Assembly: GCA_934486825.1 (NCBI GenBank)
Contig: CAKSQF010000003.1
Span: 25,771-89,770, forward strand
From: an uncultured Eubacteriales bacterium
GTDB lineage: Bacteria; Bacillota; Clostridia; Oscillospirales; CAG-272
Direction: 5' to 3'
Length of the DNA: 64,000 nucleotides
Shown here: positions 61,507 through 64,000 of the stretch, in pieces
Position numbering within the stretch: the first letter of the stretch is position 1
How the letters are laid out: the number at the start of each line of letters is the position of its first letter
Notes under the pieces: model-generated
Seen by the model: the letters and a program-made list of their open reading frames with translations, nothing else
Databases searched by the model: none
Told to the model about the DNA's origin: nothing
Made by a program: the position numbers and the translations under genes

Positions 61507-62258
61507 TGTTGCTTGAAAAGTGGGAAAAACTCCCGCCCGAAATGCAGACCGACGAGGTTCGGGGGTATTATGACATTCTCGCAAAGAAAAAGATCGGTCT
61601 TTTTTTCAAAAGAGTGTCAGATGTTTTGTTGTCACTGCTTTTGCTGATTCTTCTCTCTCCGCTGTTTCTGATTCTTGCGGTCGCCATAAAACTTGACAGC
61701 AGCGGTCCGGTCTTTTACCGACAGGTGAGAGTAACACAGTATAACCGGAAATTCCGTATATTCAAATTCCGTTCAATGGTCAGAGACGCCGACAGGGGTT
61801 CGCTTGTTACGGTGCGTGAGGACGCACGTGTCACTCGCGTCGGCAGATTTATACGCCGTTTTCGCCTTGACGAGCTGCCTCAGCTTATCAATGTACTGAC
61901 AGGTGATATGACTTTCGTCGGTACGCGACCCGAGGTGCCGAAGTATACCGAACGGTATACGCCGGAAATGATGGCGACTCTGCTCCTTCCCGCGGGAATA
62001 ACGGGTCTTGCGAGTGTTCTGTACAGGGACGAGGCGAGGCTGCTTGATGCCGCAGATGATACCGATAAGGTGTACATGGAGAAGATTTTGCCCGCAAAGA
62101 TGTACTATAATCTTAAAAGCATTGAAAATTTCAGCCCTTGGGGAGATATCCGGGTCATGCTTATGACGGTGCCCGCAGTCTGCGGAATTGACTGCGGAAG
62201 CAAATGTGCCGATCTGCGGCGTGAGTATGAAACTATCGAAAGACGAGGTCACGAATGA
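61506..62258 (+). CDS. small (PglC/WbaP C-terminal type) polyprenyl-phosphate sugar-phosphate transferase
   Basis: A single N-terminal re-entrant helix. Also GPVFYRQVRVTQYNRKFRIFKFRSM, LDELPQLINVLTGDMTFVGTRPE and PAGITGLA. Confidence 0.85.
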   Translation: MLLEKWEKLPPEMQTDEVRGYYDILAKKKIGLFFKRVSDVLLSLLLLILLSPLFLILAVAIKLDSSGPVFYRQVRVTQYNRKFRIFKFRSMVRDADRGSLVTVREDARVTRVGRFIRRFRLDELPQLINVLTGDMTFVGTRPEVPKYTERYTPEMMATLLLPAGITGLASVLYRDEARLLDAADDTDKVYMEKILPAKMYYNLKSIENFSPWGDIRVMLMTVPAVCGIDCGSKCADLRREYETIERRGHE

Positions 62259-63058
62259 CAGATAATCTTGTTTCGATTATTATGCCGTCCTACAATACGG
62301 CAAATTTCATATCGGAATCAATAGAGTCGGTTATAGCTCAGACCTATACCGACTGGGAGCTCATTATTGTGGATGACTGCTCAACCGACAGAACCGATGA
62401 GGTTGTGGCATCCTTTCGGGACAGTCGTATCCGCTACTTCAAAAACGAAAAAAACAGCGGAGCCGCGCTTACCCGCAACAGAGCACTCAGAGAGGCGAGG
62501 GGAGAATGGATTGCCTTTCTCGATTCCGACGATCTGTGGGAACCCGAAAAACTGGAAAGGCAGATCGCCTTTATGAACGGGCATAATTATACTTTGTCCT
62601 TTACCGGGTATGAAAAGATCGACGAAGAAGGTCAGCCGCTCAACATATATGTATCGGGACCGGACGTGGTTAACAAAAGGAAAATGTATAACTACGATTA
62701 CATAGGTCAGCTTACCATGATGTACAGCGCAAAGTATTTCGGGCTTATTCAGATCAGGGACATCAGAAAAAACAACGACTATGCCATAAGGCTCCGGCTC
62801 TATAAGAAGCCGGGTACGGAGGCACATCTGCTGAAGGAAAATCTGGCGAAGTACAGGATCCGCAAAAAGTCGATTTCGCACGATAAACTCAGCAAAAAGC
62901 TGAAAAGTCACTATGATCTGTTTCGTTATTGCGACGAAAAGTCCCCGATAGCCGCACTGTATTTTGCCTGCGGAAATATGTTCTGGGGACTTCTGAAAAA
63001 GAAGAAATACGAGAAAAAAATAAAATCGGGCGATCGGGCAGACGAAAGCCCGGTGTGA
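62255..63058 (+). CDS. family-2 glycosyltransferase
   Basis: VSIIMPSYNTANFISESIESVIAQTYTDWELIIVDDCSTD, and a DSDD motif (FLDSDDLW). Confidence 0.88.
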   Translation: MTDNLVSIIMPSYNTANFISESIESVIAQTYTDWELIIVDDCSTDRTDEVVASFRDSRIRYFKNEKNSGAALTRNRALREARGEWIAFLDSDDLWEPEKLERQIAFMNGHNYTLSFTGYEKIDEEGQPLNIYVSGPDVVNKRKMYNYDYIGQLTMMYSAKYFGLIQIRDIRKNNDYAIRLRLYKKPGTEAHLLKENLAKYRIRKKSISHDKLSKKLKSHYDLFRYCDEKSPIAALYFACGNMFWGLLKKKKYEKKIKSGDRADESPV

Positions 63059-63123
63059 AAACGCAACATGTGGCGGAGCGTTTTTTATGTTTGCGCCGCA
63101 GCCGCACGGCATGAGGATTGTGT

Positions 63124-64000
63124 ATGAAGGTATTAATCGTCGGGTCAAGCAAGTTGCCCGTTCCCGCCGTTAAAGGGGGAGCGGTGCCGAATCTGATCGA
63201 GGAATTGATTCAGCAGAACGAAATCGAAAAAAAGACAGATTTATACTGTATTTCATTGTTCGACGAAAAGGCTGTCGAAGCGTCGGAAAAGTATCATTTC
63301 ACTGAGTTTATCTGGGCAAAAACACCCGCATGGGCAAAGCTTTTTGACAGGTTCAATTATCTGATTTTAAAGAAAGTATTTCATGTGGAGCGACTGCTGT
63401 CCCTGGCGTATGTATGGCAGATATATACCTTGGGTAAATTCACCGGGAGAGTGTTGAAAAAGAATGATTTCGATCGCGTAATCTTTGAAAACTCCGTCCC
63501 CGTTCTTCTGGCAATGAAGAGCCGCAAAAACGCGAAAAAATATGAAGGTAAATACTATCTGCACATGCACGCCGTTCCGAGACAGTATTACGGGAACATA
63601 AAGCAGGTACGGAATGTAAAAAAACTCATTACTGTCAGTGATTACGTATCAAAGGCTATAACCGACGACCCGAAGCTGAAAATGGATATAAGCAGGACCG
63701 TTGTGATGCGCAACTGTATAGACCATGAAAAATTCTGTCCGCAGGACCCGCTCACGGTAAAAAATATAAGACAGACCCTGAATATTCCCGAAAACAAGAA
63801 AGCAGTGATGTTTGTCGGGCGGATATGTGCGGATAAGGGTATAACCGAGCTTGTTGACGCTTTCGAAAAGATAAACAGGGATGACACGGTACTTGTGATT
63901 GTCGGCGCCAATTTTTATAAATCGGGTATTGTAAGTCCGTTCGAAGAACAGCTTAAAGAGAGAATGGAGAATATACGGGATAAGGTCATTTTCACCGGAT
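63124..64000 (+). CDS. GT4-type (GT-B) glycosyltransferase; the 3' end is outside the window
   Basis: ATG 63124. MKVLIVGSSKLPVPAVKGGAVPNLIEEL..., KKAVMFVGRICADKGITELVDAF. The frame is open to the window end and is not in the ORF track because it is unterminated. Confidence 0.75.
   Translation, partial: MKVLIVGSSKLPVPAVKGGAVPNLIEELIQQNEIEKKTDLYCISLFDEKAVEASEKYHFTEFIWAKTPAWAKLFDRFNYLILKKVFHVERLLSLAYVWQIYTLGKFTGRVLKKNDFDRVIFENSVPVLLAMKSRKNAKKYEGKYYLHMHAVPRQYYGNIKQVRNVKKLITVSDYVSKAITDDPKLKMDISRTVVMRNCIDHEKFCPQDPLTVKNIRQTLNIPENKKAVMFVGRICADKGITELVDAFEKINRDDTVLVIVGANFYKSGIVSPFEEQLKERMENIRDKVIFTG

Noticed and set aside
1-64000. I scanned the whole window for tRNA, rRNA, tmRNA, RNase P, transposase/IS ends and known defence-system hallmarks (Cas, restriction-modification, toxin-antitoxin pairs, retron RT, CBASS cyclase).
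   Set aside because: I could recognise none by eye in the intergenic regions or ORF translations. The absence is provisional, because covariance-model and HMM scans were not possible.

Overview
A 64-kb chromosomal segment of about 50% GC. Gene content suggests a Clostridia-type Firmicute, possibly Oscillospiraceae/Ruminococcaceae-like; this placement is inference only. I found no rRNA, tRNA, CRISPR array, transposase or integrase. Gene order from left to right:

1. Two small regulator-like genes on the minus strand. One is a sigma-70 region-4-like protein behind a roughly 220-nt GC-rich structured leader.
2. A 13-kb, seven-gene carbohydrate-uptake-like operon (1530-14566). It encodes a 1133-aa solute-binding protein with a roughly 600-aa N-terminal extension, two complete ABC permease pairs, a secreted NHL-propeller/TPR/Yip1 membrane fusion, and a 1162-aa secreted DUF5696-like protein. 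It has no ATPase, no regulator and no classifiable enzyme. This is my best candidate for an undescribed system.
3. metY-metA with no riboswitch, followed by a DUF4349 lipoprotein.
4. A glycogen operon, glgB-glgC-glgD-glgA-glgP plus a GH13 enzyme, behind an unusual multi-hairpin leader.
5. A ComEC-type MBL-fold lipoprotein whose metal ligands are all substituted, and two hypothetical membrane proteins.
6. An orphan cytoplasmic GH92 alpha-mannosidase-like protein with extra N- and C-terminal modules.
7. A complete pyrimidine operon, pyrC-carA-carB-pyrK-pyrD-pyrF-pyrE-pyrB. PyrB carries only the Zn domain of PyrI fused to its C-terminus, and I see no PyrR or attenuator.
8. An ECF S-component/DUF1893 pair, then Dabb, NUDIX and TetR genes.
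9. An ABC system with two different ATPases, one large-ectodomain permease and a TerB-like protein.
10. A scrambled, decayed two-component-system remnant.
11. A MarR-controlled heterodimeric ABC exporter and two tandem XRE paralogues.
12. The start of a glycan-biosynthesis locus (DegT aminotransferase, PglC-like transferase, GT2, GT4), preceded by a 13-bp x4 tandem repeat.

All family assignments come from reading motifs by eye. No database search was run.
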